The notes under the pieces: generated by a model
Database searches by the model: none
Seen by the model: the letters and a program-made list of their open reading frames with translations, nothing else
Told to the model about the DNA's origin: nothing
Source: a virus
Strand: one strand, 5' to 3'
DNA length: 64,000 nt
Virus record (IMG/VR): IMGVR_UViG_3300024999_000075
Coordinates: 1-64,000 of that record
Position numbers and translations under genes: made by a program
Part shown: positions 1 to 8,548 of the stretch, piece by piece
How the letters are laid out: every line of letters starts with the position of its first letter
Numbering within the stretch: position 1 is the first letter of the stretch

Positions 1-175
1 ACGTAGAGACTCCCACCCACACTGGTCAAGGCAGGAGCTTGGAAGTCAGCTCTGACGGAGAGATACCCACCCACACTGGTCAAGGCAGGAGCTTGGAAGT
101 CAGCTCTGACGTAGAGACTCTCACCAACACTGGTCAAGGCAGGAGCTTGGAAGTCTGCTTCGACGGAGAGACTCC
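1..175. repeat. 54-bp tandem repeat, at least 3 copies, coding 18-aa units
   Basis: acactggtcaaggcaggagcttggaagtc recurs every 54 nt. Confidence 0.95.
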
Positions 176-263
176 CTGTTATCTCTTCCACTCCTTCAAG
201 TTTCTTCTGCCACTCCTCAACATTACTATTATTTATTTTCACACTACCATTATATGTTTTCAT
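1..263 (-). CDS. LRR-like/beta-solenoid repeat protein, N-terminal part (runs off window edge)
   Basis: Not in ORF track. AAGGAG RBS, ATG at 263, translates MKTYNGSVKINNSNVEEWQKKLEGVEEITGSLSVE-ADFQAPALTSVGESLYVR-ADFQAPALTSVGGYLSVR-ADFQAPALTSVGGSLY with no stop. Confidence 0.85.
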   Translation of the reverse strand, partial: MKTYNGSVKINNSNVEEWQKKLEGVEEITGSLSVEADFQAPALTSVGESLYVRADFQAPALTSVGGYLSVRADFQAPALTSVGGSLY

Positions 264-275
264 AATTTTATCTCC

Positions 276-590
276 TTAGTCAACTACTTGTTTCATTGAG
301 TCGTGTGTCTGCTCAAATTGTCGCCGCAACTCATAGATACCTACGGGTATTTCCGCTGTTTTTACTCCACTGCCCACCCCGTGGTCTGGGTGTAACAACT
401 TACACCCTTTTTCAGCTACTAGGTAGCCAAAGACGAAGGTTGATACATCTTTGAAGTAAACCTTCCCGTTTGTTACTTCGTGGCTGTTACTCTTTCCTTC
501 CATAATGGTAGTTGTTTCTGTTTCAACGAGGTTGTTTGGCAGCTGGTTGATAAGTACTAAACATAAATCACCGTGTCTTATTGCTTTCAT
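276..590 (-). CDS. Conserved phage hypothetical protein with RHGD...EG...H...H motif (cupin-like)
   Basis: IRHGDL, EGKSNSHEV, LLHPDH, PVGIYELRRQFE; RBS present. Confidence 0.7.
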   Translation of the reverse strand: MKAIRHGDLCLVLINQLPNNLVETETTTIMEGKSNSHEVTNGKVYFKDVSTFVFGYLVAEKGCKLLHPDHGVGSGVKTAEIPVGIYELRRQFEQTHDSMKQVVD

Positions 591-605
591 TGTTGTTTCT
601 CCTTT

Positions 606-809
606 TTAAATTACCTGGAATTCTCCATGTGTAGTGAAAAGCACTCCAGCCTCGTTTCCCTCTTCATCTTTTGATGGGTAGAAGGAGACGCCGTTGTCAA
701 GTGTGATGACTATTGCTGCCCTGCTCCACATGTGGTTATCTACTTCATTCTTGGTCATGTACCTGACGTTGACGATTTTTCGGTTGAGGAGTAGTTGGTG
801 TAGTGTCAT
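606..809 (-). CDS. Hypothetical protein
   Basis: ORF in co-oriented run; PSKDEEGNEAGVLF motif common in small phage proteins. Confidence 0.7.
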   Translation of the reverse strand: MTLHQLLLNRKIVNVRYMTKNEVDNHMWSRAAIVITLDNGVSFYPSKDEEGNEAGVLFTTHGEFQVI

Positions 810-991
810 TTGGGTTCCTCCTCAAGCATCAACTCATAATAATATTTTGAATCATAATTCCTGCCTCCATTCATATCCATGTATTGGGCAAATCTCTGGC
901 CAACTGCTGTAACTTCAATCAGTGACCTTTTGCTAATAAAGTCAGGTAAACAACTAACTACTCCATTCTCTCTGTGTTCAATTATGTACAT
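806..991 (-). CDS. Hypothetical protein
   Basis: AGGAGG RBS, ATGA overlap with next gene. Confidence 0.65.
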   Translation of the reverse strand: MYIIEHRENGVVSCLPDFISKRSLIEVTAVGQRFAQYMDMNGGRNYDSKYYYELMLEEEPK

Positions 992-1020
992 AATGTCTCC
1001 TCCTTTCTAATTAGATCTAG

Positions 1021-1305
1021 TTAATCTTCGATAAAGTAATTTTCAAACATAGAAAATCTGAAGAATGGTTGATCCATGATCTCTTCTAAAGACCTGTTGA
1101 CCCAAAAATTTATATCTCCTTCTGGAAGTTCAAACTCATGCTTCATAGGATTGATGCTTAATTCCTGAGAGTCAGCTTCCAAAGCTCTCCAATTACCTGC
1201 TCTGACAAAGTTTGTTATTCTCCCTATTCTATGTATTGCCTGTTCTCTTGTGATGGTTCTGGTTGATTGAATTCCCACAGCTGTTGTCCTCCTGTTATGT
1301 ATCAC
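1021..1305 (-). CDS. Hypothetical protein
   Basis: ORF in co-oriented run; start uncertain. Confidence 0.55.
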   Translation of the reverse strand: MIHNRRTTAVGIQSTRTITREQAIHRIGRITNFVRAGNWRALEADSQELSINPMKHEFELPEGDINFWVNRSLEEIMDQPFFRFSMFENYFIED

Positions 1306-1337
1306 ACTGTGACACTTGAAAATTATTTTACTTTTAA

Positions 1338-1721
1338 TTACTTTGACAGTCTGATAGCATCGTCCTCAAGCTCAACCAGATCTGCATGACTTAATGGATA
1401 CAACTCAATTTTTCCAAATTGCTTCCTCATCCAATCCGCTGTCTTCTTGTTCATGCTGTAGCGATTTTGATACCAAGTCAGTTTCTCTTCCAGATAATCC
1501 CTATCTAAGTCTTTGAATTTAGTGTAGTGGTCAGCAAAGCTGTCTACCTCACAACCAAGCTCAAGAAAGTAGTGAGTGAAAGTAAGGATATTGGCATAGT
1601 CTTTCAGATTCCGCTTGTCAACTAGTGACGGAACACTATAGGTTACTGAATTAGCAATATAGCTGCTGACTAATTTAAAGATTTGCTCATTAATTATTGC
1701 CCTTCTACCGCAGTCTGACAT
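1338..1721 (-). CDS. Hypothetical protein
   Basis: GAGG RBS, 127 aa. Confidence 0.7.
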   Translation of the reverse strand: MSDCGRRAIINEQIFKLVSSYIANSVTYSVPSLVDKRNLKDYANILTFTHYFLELGCEVDSFADHYTKFKDLDRDYLEEKLTWYQNRYSMNKKTADWMRKQFGKIELYPLSHADLVELEDDAIRLSK

Positions 1722-1847
1722 TGTGTTACCTCTTTTCTCTTATTAATCTTAATGTTTTACGTCTGTAAGTTTTCCCTTGCCGGATTTAATTAGAGACGAT
1801 ATGGTGCTGATAGTCAACTAAAATTTTGTTTACAAATAAAAACTATC

Positions 1848-2051
1848 ATGGAGGGCAAAATGGACTTGAATGATTACAGGGAGAAAAGGGGACTAAGCTA
1901 TGGAAAACTAGGTAAGCAGATAGGATTCAGTAAGGCATACACTTGGAAAATATGTCAAAGACCTGAGATACTTAGAATCAGGGATATTAATAAAATAATT
2001 GCTATAGTAGGTAATGAAGTCGATTTCAAGAGTCTTATAAAAGAGGCATAG
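1848..2051 (+). CDS. Cro/XRE-like HTH protein
   Basis: LNDYREKRGLSYGKLGKQIGFSKAYTWKI; divergent from leftward genes, directly before primase. Confidence 0.75.
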   Translation: MEGKMDLNDYREKRGLSYGKLGKQIGFSKAYTWKICQRPEILRIRDINKIIAIVGNEVDFKSLIKEA

Positions 2052-2054
2052 ACT

Positions 2055-4736
2055 ATGATCCTTCTGACAGAGTTAACCTCAAACCAAGGTACAATTTGTA
2101 AGAAATACAGTGTAAATCCTGATGGCTCACACACTGTAGTAGCTGCACCAGCTATATATGATGCTACCAGTAAAACAATCCCCCTAGAATTTGGAGCTGT
2201 TGGGGAATACCTCAACAACCTTGCCAAATCTCCGGAGAAATGCATCCTCTTGGGTGTCCATGGCAATGTTGATGAGGAGTTTCAACTTACGACCGAGGCT
2301 AATGTCTCAGATGGAAAAATAGCTCGGACCAAAGAATTCTTCGATTGGTGCAACTCTGGCAACATTTCTCTTGTATATTTAGATTTCGATTCTAACGCCT
2401 CAGATGCCCTCAGACAGCGTTTCCTATCTGAGCTGGACATCGTGTTGCGTGATGCTCTGATCGGTGAAACAAGCAGCCAAAGAACGCAAATTTGCCGATG
2501 GTTGAGACCATCTACTTCAGCCAGTGTTGAAATCAATGGAAAGCAAGGCACAGGTCTCCACGTATTCCTCCCAGTCAAGAAATGCAACAATGAGCTTGTC
2601 AAGCTTATCCACCGTTGGTGCTGGCTCACCTCTCCCGATTACAGAGGATACAAAGTCAGTAAAGCCGGTTCAATCACCTCTGAGAGTCTGATTGACCCTG
2701 CTGTTGGTTCTCCTGAACGAGTGGTTTATTCGTCGGACGCTATAGTAGAAGGTCCAGAGGAATATTACAAGCACATTGCTCGTACCTGCTCCTACCAACC
2801 AGGCGGGGTCTTGGATGCTGAAATCGCAATTGGTATTTTAAGAGAACTAACAGTTAAATTTGAGAAGGATTGGGCCACCTACAAGAAGATCAAGGAAAAT
2901 GCGCCTGACGTTATTACTGCTAAAACTGCATGGATTTCAGAACAAACTGAGAAAAATATTCAGTCTGGCATGACTGTGAAAGAGGCAAAGAAGTCAGCAC
3001 AAAGCCTCAGTAATTCCATACTGTTGTCTAATGTTATATTAAAGAGGGTTGGTGGCGAGGAGGTCCGTGTAAGTGAGATCCTCTCAGATCCTGATAAGTG
3101 GTTACAAAAAGATAAATTTAATGACCCAATTAAGTGTGAGTCAGAGCGAAATGTTGGTAAGATTATGGGTCAGGACAAAGCCCCATTCCTGCATAGCTTC
3201 AGCCATGGTGGAGTTAAATATGCTTTGCAGTGGACTTATGAAGATCTATTGGAGTGGATTGAAACAGCTAATGAGGATGAAATTGATGATTGGTTTTCAA
3301 TCCATGCTGCTAATACCGATGCTAGTGATATACAACTAGAAAAGCTTAGCAAAGCCGTAGCCAAAAAAGTTGGTGTGAGTGTAGTTGCTGTTCGTAAGGA
3401 AGTAAAGGCAAAGCTAGCTGAAAAAACGTCTGAGAATGACGTAGGTGATGAGATTGACCCCAAGTGCATGTATGGCGTCACAGTTGCTCCAGATGCAAGC
3501 CACGGCGATATTATGGAGGATTACATCAGAAATACTGGTGATTGTAAAACTTTTGGTGGTAGTGTCTACTCTTGGGAAGGTGGCACCATCTGGCAACAAC
3601 ACACCCAAAGTGTTATTAAGAAAAATCTTTGGACTTACTATAATCATGTTGACCATTGCCAAATTAAAAGTGACTACTTAGCTCTGGCGGGTATGGTAGT
3701 TAATGATAGTGATGTTAATGTGTTACAGTGGAATGAAGCATTTGGTTTCCCTTGCTCTGATGGTTTCTACCTTATCAAAGATGAGAAAGTTGAAAAGGTG
3801 GAATATACTAAAGACCTGATGTGTAGATTCAGAATGGGAATCAAACCTGATTTTAGTATGAAAACCCCTCTGTTTGATAAGATATTAGCCAATATTGAGA
3901 ATCCAGTGCTATTCCAACAATTATTTGGGCTTGCAGTCAGTGGCTACCTTAATAAAGCCCAGAAAGTTATGGTAATGAAAGGCACAGGAGGAGCAGGCAA
4001 AGGCACCATTGAGAATGTTATGATGGCCATGCTCCCCACTAGTCGGGTTACTACTGTATCTTTAGATCAGCTCAATCAAGATTATTTCAGAGCACATATA
4101 GCACAATCCAGAGTTAACTTCATGTCAGAGGTCAGAACAGGTAAAGGCTCCAGAAAAATTGACATTACCGGGCTGAAGGAGATCACAGGCGGGGGAATAA
4201 TTACTGCTAGATTCATTTACAGCTCCACATTTAATTTCAGATCCACTTGCAGCTTTGTTATTTCCATGAATGACAACTTTGCTCTCTCCCCAGTTGGACC
4301 AGAGACTGAGAGAAGGTTTGGCCATTCTATGGTGCAGTTTACTAAGGGTGACGCTCACCATGAAATTATTGGTTTGGCTGATATGATTATTGCTGATGAA
4401 CTCCCTGGAGTTTTGGCTTGGGCTATAGAAGGTGTAAAGATGTACTTTCAGCATGGGTTGGAAGATAGCTTAAGTATGGAGTTGTACAAGAGATGGGAGC
4501 TTAGTACAGATCCAGTATCTCTATTCCTTGAGGAAAATGTTAACATCACAGGTAGTGCTAGAGACTATGTGGACAGAGCCGAGATGTGGAAGAGATTTCA
4601 AGATTTTTGCTCAAAAGGCGGATATGGAGAGTGGCGAAAAGGTGATTTCTTTGCTGATTTGGATAAATATTCAAAAATAGGCCCAATCAAGAAGGCTGAC
4701 GGAATCTATAAAGTTTTTCGAGTTCGATGGAGTTGA
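2055..4736 (+). CDS. Primase-helicase (AEP-like N-terminus, D5/P4-type SF3 helicase, C-terminal winged helix)
   Basis: VYLDFD and GLHVFLP AEP-like motifs; Walker A GTGGAGKGT; LKEITGGGIITAR; TDPVSLFLEE...MWKRFQDFC C-terminus. Confidence 0.9.
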   Translation: MILLTELTSNQGTICKKYSVNPDGSHTVVAAPAIYDATSKTIPLEFGAVGEYLNNLAKSPEKCILLGVHGNVDEEFQLTTEANVSDGKIARTKEFFDWCNSGNISLVYLDFDSNASDALRQRFLSELDIVLRDALIGETSSQRTQICRWLRPSTSASVEINGKQGTGLHVFLPVKKCNNELVKLIHRWCWLTSPDYRGYKVSKAGSITSESLIDPAVGSPERVVYSSDAIVEGPEEYYKHIARTCSYQPGGVLDAEIAIGILRELTVKFEKDWATYKKIKENAPDVITAKTAWISEQTEKNIQSGMTVKEAKKSAQSLSNSILLSNVILKRVGGEEVRVSEILSDPDKWLQKDKFNDPIKCESERNVGKIMGQDKAPFLHSFSHGGVKYALQWTYEDLLEWIETANEDEIDDWFSIHAANTDASDIQLEKLSKAVAKKVGVSVVAVRKEVKAKLAEKTSENDVGDEIDPKCMYGVTVAPDASHGDIMEDYIRNTGDCKTFGGSVYSWEGGTIWQQHTQSVIKKNLWTYYNHVDHCQIKSDYLALAGMVVNDSDVNVLQWNEAFGFPCSDGFYLIKDEKVEKVEYTKDLMCRFRMGIKPDFSMKTPLFDKILANIENPVLFQQLFGLAVSGYLNKAQKVMVMKGTGGAGKGTIENVMMAMLPTSRVTTVSLDQLNQDYFRAHIAQSRVNFMSEVRTGKGSRKIDITGLKEITGGGIITARFIYSSTFNFRSTCSFVISMNDNFALSPVGPETERRFGHSMVQFTKGDAHHEIIGLADMIIADELPGVLAWAIEGVKMYFQHGLEDSLSMELYKRWELSTDPVSLFLEENVNITGSARDYVDRAEMWKRFQDFCSKGGYGEWRKGDFFADLDKYSKIGPIKKADGIYKVFRVRWS

Positions 4737-4779
4737 TGCTCTGCCTTGAGAATTGGGCAAAATGGTGCTAAGTGTAAAG

Positions 4780-5125
4780 AAAGTTGACAGTGACAAATTA
4801 GGGCAAAACCCTGAGTGGCAGAAAATGGCAAAATTCAGGGCACTCTATTTTTAAGGATATTATGCACTTGCTTTAGAATCAGTGACATTTTATTAACAAA
4901 CTTTATATAAGTATAATTTCTTACGAGGGTATGTTGGTAACAGAGAGATGGAGCATAATAGTGAGAATGGTTATTATAAAGATACTGCGATCGTGCAAAT
5001 CATTCTATATAGGCTCCCAACAATAAAATTTTGCCAAATGTCACTGATTTTGACCTAAGTAGTTGAAAAGAGGCTTCCAAAATCAGTGACATTCGTAAAA
5101 AATTCTGCCTACGTTTGTCACTCTG
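4780..5125. promoter_or_regulatory. Probable replication origin with AGTGACA iterons and a 16-bp inverted repeat
   Basis: AATGTCACTGATTTTG 5037-5052 and its exact reverse complement 5078-5093; AATCAGTGACATT 4877-4889; further AGTGACA/TGTCACT copies; AT-rich tract; directly after D5-type helicase. Confidence 0.6.
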
Positions 5126-5188
5126 AGAAAAAGTGAATTTTGAAATAGCCATAGGAATAAGATAAACAGAGGGTTTGCGAGGTTTTGA

Positions 5189-5611
5189 ATGAATGACTTA
5201 CAAGTATTTGACCCAAATCAAGCCGATATCTCAGAAGTAGCAAATGATGCCTTGTTGTTAGGCAAAAAGTATTTAAAGGTGGCGGAAGGAGCAACCAACA
5301 CTAAATCAGCTTCCTTAGCCCTGTCAGTTGCTGAGAGAGCATTTGCTTTAGCATCTAAGGTGGGGAAAGATTCAAGAGAGGCCAGCGAAGTTTCCAACCA
5401 TGCTTTTATTACCCAGATAGATACTGAAGTCAATAGATCACAGCTTTGGTTGCTGTATCTTGATTATTGTGAAGACAATGGTGTCTTACCTTTGTCAAAG
5501 AGCCAGTTTTTTCTAAAACTGGCTCAGTATGAATTTCAGACCAAGAAGACTAATGGGGTGAATTGGATAATTCCGCCAGGATATAATAAACGTATGAAGA
5601 AGATTATATGA
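5189..5611 (+). CDS. Protein with C-terminal D5/P4-primase-type winged-helix domain
   Basis: VNRSQLWLLYLDYCEDNGVLPLSKSQFFLKL aligns by eye with primase VDRAEMWKRFQDFCSKGGYGEWRKGDFFADL. Confidence 0.7.
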   Translation: MNDLQVFDPNQADISEVANDALLLGKKYLKVAEGATNTKSASLALSVAERAFALASKVGKDSREASEVSNHAFITQIDTEVNRSQLWLLYLDYCEDNGVLPLSKSQFFLKLAQYEFQTKKTNGVNWIIPPGYNKRMKKII

Positions 5612-5933
5612 GTGGATATCCTTGGTTCTGTCTAGTGCGGAGTTTCTCCGGGTGCGGCGGCTTAGAGAAACGGGTGACTTTTCTGACTACGGTTGGTGTA
5701 ATGGGCTTGCGGTTCAAAAACTCACGTATTTGGGCCTGTATCGTCTTCATTTGGTTGCCTCCTTGTGTCGGTATGGGTTGAGTTGATCGTTGATTGTAGG
5801 GCCGTTTAAAGGCTTTCTATGAGAATATAAAGAATTATAATTATTATTGGCGGTAAGGTAGCGCGCGAGCGTATAAAGCCGTAAGTTAGTGAGCGCTCAC
5901 TTACATAGCGCTTGTAAGATGGTGATATTACTA

Positions 5934-6161
5934 TCATAATCTGTCCAACCAGTAGTTGGTCCATCTTTGAAGATTGCTTTTTACTTCTTTGCTAGTGTAC
6001 CTGATGTCAATAGGTCCAGAAATGTATTCGTCTATGGAGTTTCCGTAGACAATAGCGTTGCTCACATCTCCATTTGGTGCTACATAGACTCCGTAATCAA
6101 ATTCGGAATCACTTTCGAGGTAGATGCAGTATATCCATACACGGTGGTTGGGGAAGTTCAT
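5934..6161 (-). CDS. Hypothetical early protein
   Basis: GAGG RBS, 75 aa. Confidence 0.6.
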   Translation of the reverse strand: MNFPNHRVWIYCIYLESDSEFDYGVYVAPNGDVSNAIVYGNSIDEYISGPIDIRYTSKEVKSNLQRWTNYWLDRL

Positions 6162-6246
6162 TTCTAATTACCTCTAATTGAAAAATTTTGAATAAGAAGG
6201 AAAAATCCGAGCGAGCGCTCAGTCGTTAAACAGGAAGTATAAACAC

Positions 6247-6278
6247 AAAAAGCCCAACTTGGAATCAAGTTGGGCTTT
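6247..6278 (-). terminator. Intrinsic terminator
   Basis: GCCCAACTTG/CAAGTTGGGC stem with U-tract on minus strand. Confidence 0.75.
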
Positions 6279-6289
6279 CAATTTTCAAT

Positions 6290-6484
6290 TCAATCTGAAA
6301 TCAAAATGTTTCTCACTTCAGACTCTGACTTACCAGTGAAATCAGCCAAGATCTCAACCGCTTCAGAAGCCATTCCAGCGTAGAAGAGCTTCCTGCAGTG
6401 GCAAATTGTTCCTTCCAGCATATACTTATAAAATGCTGTTTTATGCTGGTTGACTCTTTTCCTTTGTTCAGGTGTCATTTCCAT
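6290..6484 (-). CDS. Hypothetical early protein
   Basis: AAGGAG RBS before MEMTPEQ; start moved from track position 6532. Confidence 0.7.
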   Translation of the reverse strand: MEMTPEQRKRVNQHKTAFYKYMLEGTICHCRKLFYAGMASEAVEILADFTGKSESEVRNILISD

Positions 6485-6629
6485 TTCAATTCTCCTTTCT
6501 TTCCAGCCAGAACCAGGCAATCTGCCGGTCAAGGGCTGTAGTCTTAGGGTTATTGATAACTGCTAACAATTCGTCCTTGGTAAGATGTTCCATAGTTCAC
6601 CTCATTAGTTGAATTATAGCCTGGAAACG

Positions 6630-6664
6630 AAAAAAGCCTACCAGAAACTAAATTCTGATAGGCT
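6630..6664 (-). terminator. Intrinsic terminator
   Basis: AGCCTATCAGAA...TTCTGGTAGGCT followed by T-run on minus strand. Confidence 0.7.
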
Positions 6665-6710
6665 ATATGCTGTAATGAGGAACATTGGACCGACCGGTCT
6701 AGCTGTTGAC

Positions 6711-7064
6711 CTAAAAAAGTGAGGAGTTGAACAGTCCGCCTACCATTTTGACTTTGGTGGGCTTAGATCGCTTGGTCGATCTTTTAAAGCTCTTGAAACA
6801 TGCTCTTGCGGTGATTGTGGATTCTTTCAGCAGGTAAGGGACAGGAACATAGGTTCCAAATTTTCTCGCTCTTGAATCTTTCTTGTTGAGCCAGAACCAA
6901 GCCCATTTATGACTTGGTAAGCCCTGGAAAACACAATCATACTTGTATACTTCTATGTTCCTCACCATCTCAAACGGTAGCAGAACACACTCGGGATGCT
7001 CTTTGATGAATCCCTCAGGACTCGGAACAATCGCTCCACGGTTTTTATATATTACGACATTCAT
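6711..7064 (-). CDS. Hypothetical basic early protein
   Basis: GGAGG RBS, 117 aa. Confidence 0.7.
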   Translation of the reverse strand: MNVVIYKNRGAIVPSPEGFIKEHPECVLLPFEMVRNIEVYKYDCVFQGLPSHKWAWFWLNKKDSRARKFGTYVPVPYLLKESTITARACFKSFKRSTKRSKPTKVKMVGGLFNSSLF

Positions 7065-7108
7065 GATTTTAACCTCCCCGGATTAATTTAATTAGAACTA
7101 ATTAGAAT

Positions 7109-7159
7109 TTACTGCCTGCTTTCTGAAGGCGCAATTCACCTCCAGAAAGCAGGCAATAA
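7109..7159 (-). other. 21-bp RNA hairpin, candidate RNase III site
   Basis: UUAUUGCCUGCUUUCUGGAGG / CCUUCAGAAAGCAGGCAGUAA; both DNA mismatches are G-U on the minus strand; no clear U-tract. Confidence 0.6.
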
Positions 7160-7423
7160 CCTTTTCAGTTATTGCCTTTCGCTGTTTCAAAAATCCGTAT
7201 AATCAACATCTTATCACCCTGGATAAGGTATTGACCTTCACGAATTTTTGAACATATCGCACGTGCAATTTGCCTCACAGTGACGAATTCATTGTGTTGA
7301 ATTTTACCAGACCTTGCTTTGCTGGAACGTCGAAAATACTTTTTAATTAGAAGTAATTAAGATATTTTCCTAATTACAGCTAATTAAAAAGTATTTAATG
7401 AAATACTGAAATACTGGAATAAG

Positions 7424-7459
7424 AAAAAGCCTAGACAGATTTTTCCTGTCTAGGCTTTT
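7424..7459 (-). terminator. Intrinsic terminator (possibly bidirectional)
   Basis: AAAAGCCTAGACAG...CTGTCTAGGCTTTT. Confidence 0.8.
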
Positions 7460-7462
7460 GCT

Positions 7463-7726
7463 TTAGTCTTCATCAAGATTTTCTTCAAATGTCTCAAAGT
7501 TACACTTTGCGTCATTTGATGGTAATGCAATCTCATAGGTCATTGCATCAAAGCCCAATGTTGGAAAAGTATCAGTTATAATTCCACCTAGACTTTTAGC
7601 ATATTCCACCAATTTGTCCTCTCTTTCCCAACTACACGGACAAGAGATATACACTAAAGAGATGCTTTCTTTTATCTCTTTTATCTCTCTTTCTAACTCC
7701 TTAATTCTTTTAATCTTTTCTTTCAT
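7463..7726 (-). CDS. Hypothetical early protein
   Basis: GGGGTG RBS, short N-terminal coiled coil. Confidence 0.7.
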   Translation of the reverse strand: MKEKIKRIKELEREIKEIKESISLVYISCPCSWEREDKLVEYAKSLGGIITDTFPTLGFDAMTYEIALPSNDAKCNFETFEENLDED

Positions 7727-7790
7727 TTTTCACCCCATTAAATTTTAATTACAACTAATTGATATTCTAATTAGCTTCTAATTAATTCCC

Positions 7791-8548
7791 TTTGTCTCTC
7801 AGTTTTGAGCACTCCCTATATAGTACATAGAGAACTGCGATTTATTTCAAGCTGTCAATCAATGCCGCGATATCGGCGGATATTTCCGCTACTTCCGCGA
7901 CGATTTCTACTTTCGTTTTGCCGGTGTCCAAGCTGGCAAGGCGGGTGTTTAAAGCTTGCAAGGTATCAAACAGGGTAATTGATACTTCCGACTTTACTTC
8001 CACGTCTTCCGACTTTACTTCCACGTCTTCTGCAACGTCCGGCAATTCGCTTTTGCCAGAAACGTTTTTGGTCGGCTTACTTCGCATGGACGCCATGTTG
8101 TTGAAAACAACGCTGTTACGGAAACATCTTTTGGCAACCACGTTGCCAAATTGTAACCAGTGCTTTTTCACTAGCTCATTCCGGTCGGCGACTGTCAATT
8201 CTTCACTCCACAAAGATAGCTCATTCAACAAGATCATGCAGGACCACGCCTGGAGTGCTTGCCATCCACATGCCACCTTGCTTTTCCCCTTCCCTATGTC
8301 ACATTTTCTTTTCCATCCCTTCTGTGCATGACAGTAGGACGTAAAATTATCCATACACTCACTGGGAGCAGATACGGCGGAAAAATGAGCAATCAATTTA
8401 CTGGTTGCCAAGGAACCGGAAAAGGAACCCTCAATCTCGACTTCCACGTTAATAGCTTCAATTACATTAGATATATTCATAGTCATGGTAACACCCCTTT
8501 AATGATGATGATCATTAGTATCAGGAGCGCCCAAAACTGAGAGACAAA
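7791..8548 (-). repeat. 25-bp inverted repeat pair (7791-7815 and 8524-8548) bracketing the 214-aa ORF
   Basis: TTTGTCTCTCAGTTTTGAGCACTCC versus reverse complement TTTGTCTCTCAGTTTTGGGCGCTCC, 23/25 identical. Confidence 0.95.
7842..8486 (-). CDS. First gene of early operon, unknown function
   Basis: 214 aa, AAAGGGG RBS, internal 21-bp tandem repeat (EDVEVKS x2), helical C-terminus. Confidence 0.8.
   Translation of the reverse strand: MTMNISNVIEAINVEVEIEGSFSGSLATSKLIAHFSAVSAPSECMDNFTSYCHAQKGWKRKCDIGKGKSKVACGWQALQAWSCMILLNELSLWSEELTVADRNELVKKHWLQFGNVVAKRCFRNSVVFNNMASMRSKPTKNVSGKSELPDVAEDVEVKSEDVEVKSEVSITLFDTLQALNTRLASLDTGKTKVEIVAEVAEISADIAALIDSLK

Noticed and set aside
1-175. Possible CRISPR array
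   Set aside because: Segments between repeats are near-identical, the period is 54 nt and it encodes an in-frame protein repeat; no cas genes
39-299. Plus-strand 86-aa ORF
   Set aside because: Shadow of the minus-strand repeat gene, which has the RBS and operon context
7165-7350. Open frame with GntR-like QIARAICSKIREGQY on the minus strand
   Set aside because: No ATG or RBS at its 5' end; too short to call
7791-8548. Inverted repeats as IS ends or an invertase-driven switch
   Set aside because: No transposase or site-specific recombinase in the window, and mismatches are strand-specific G-U pairs; disfavoured rather than excluded
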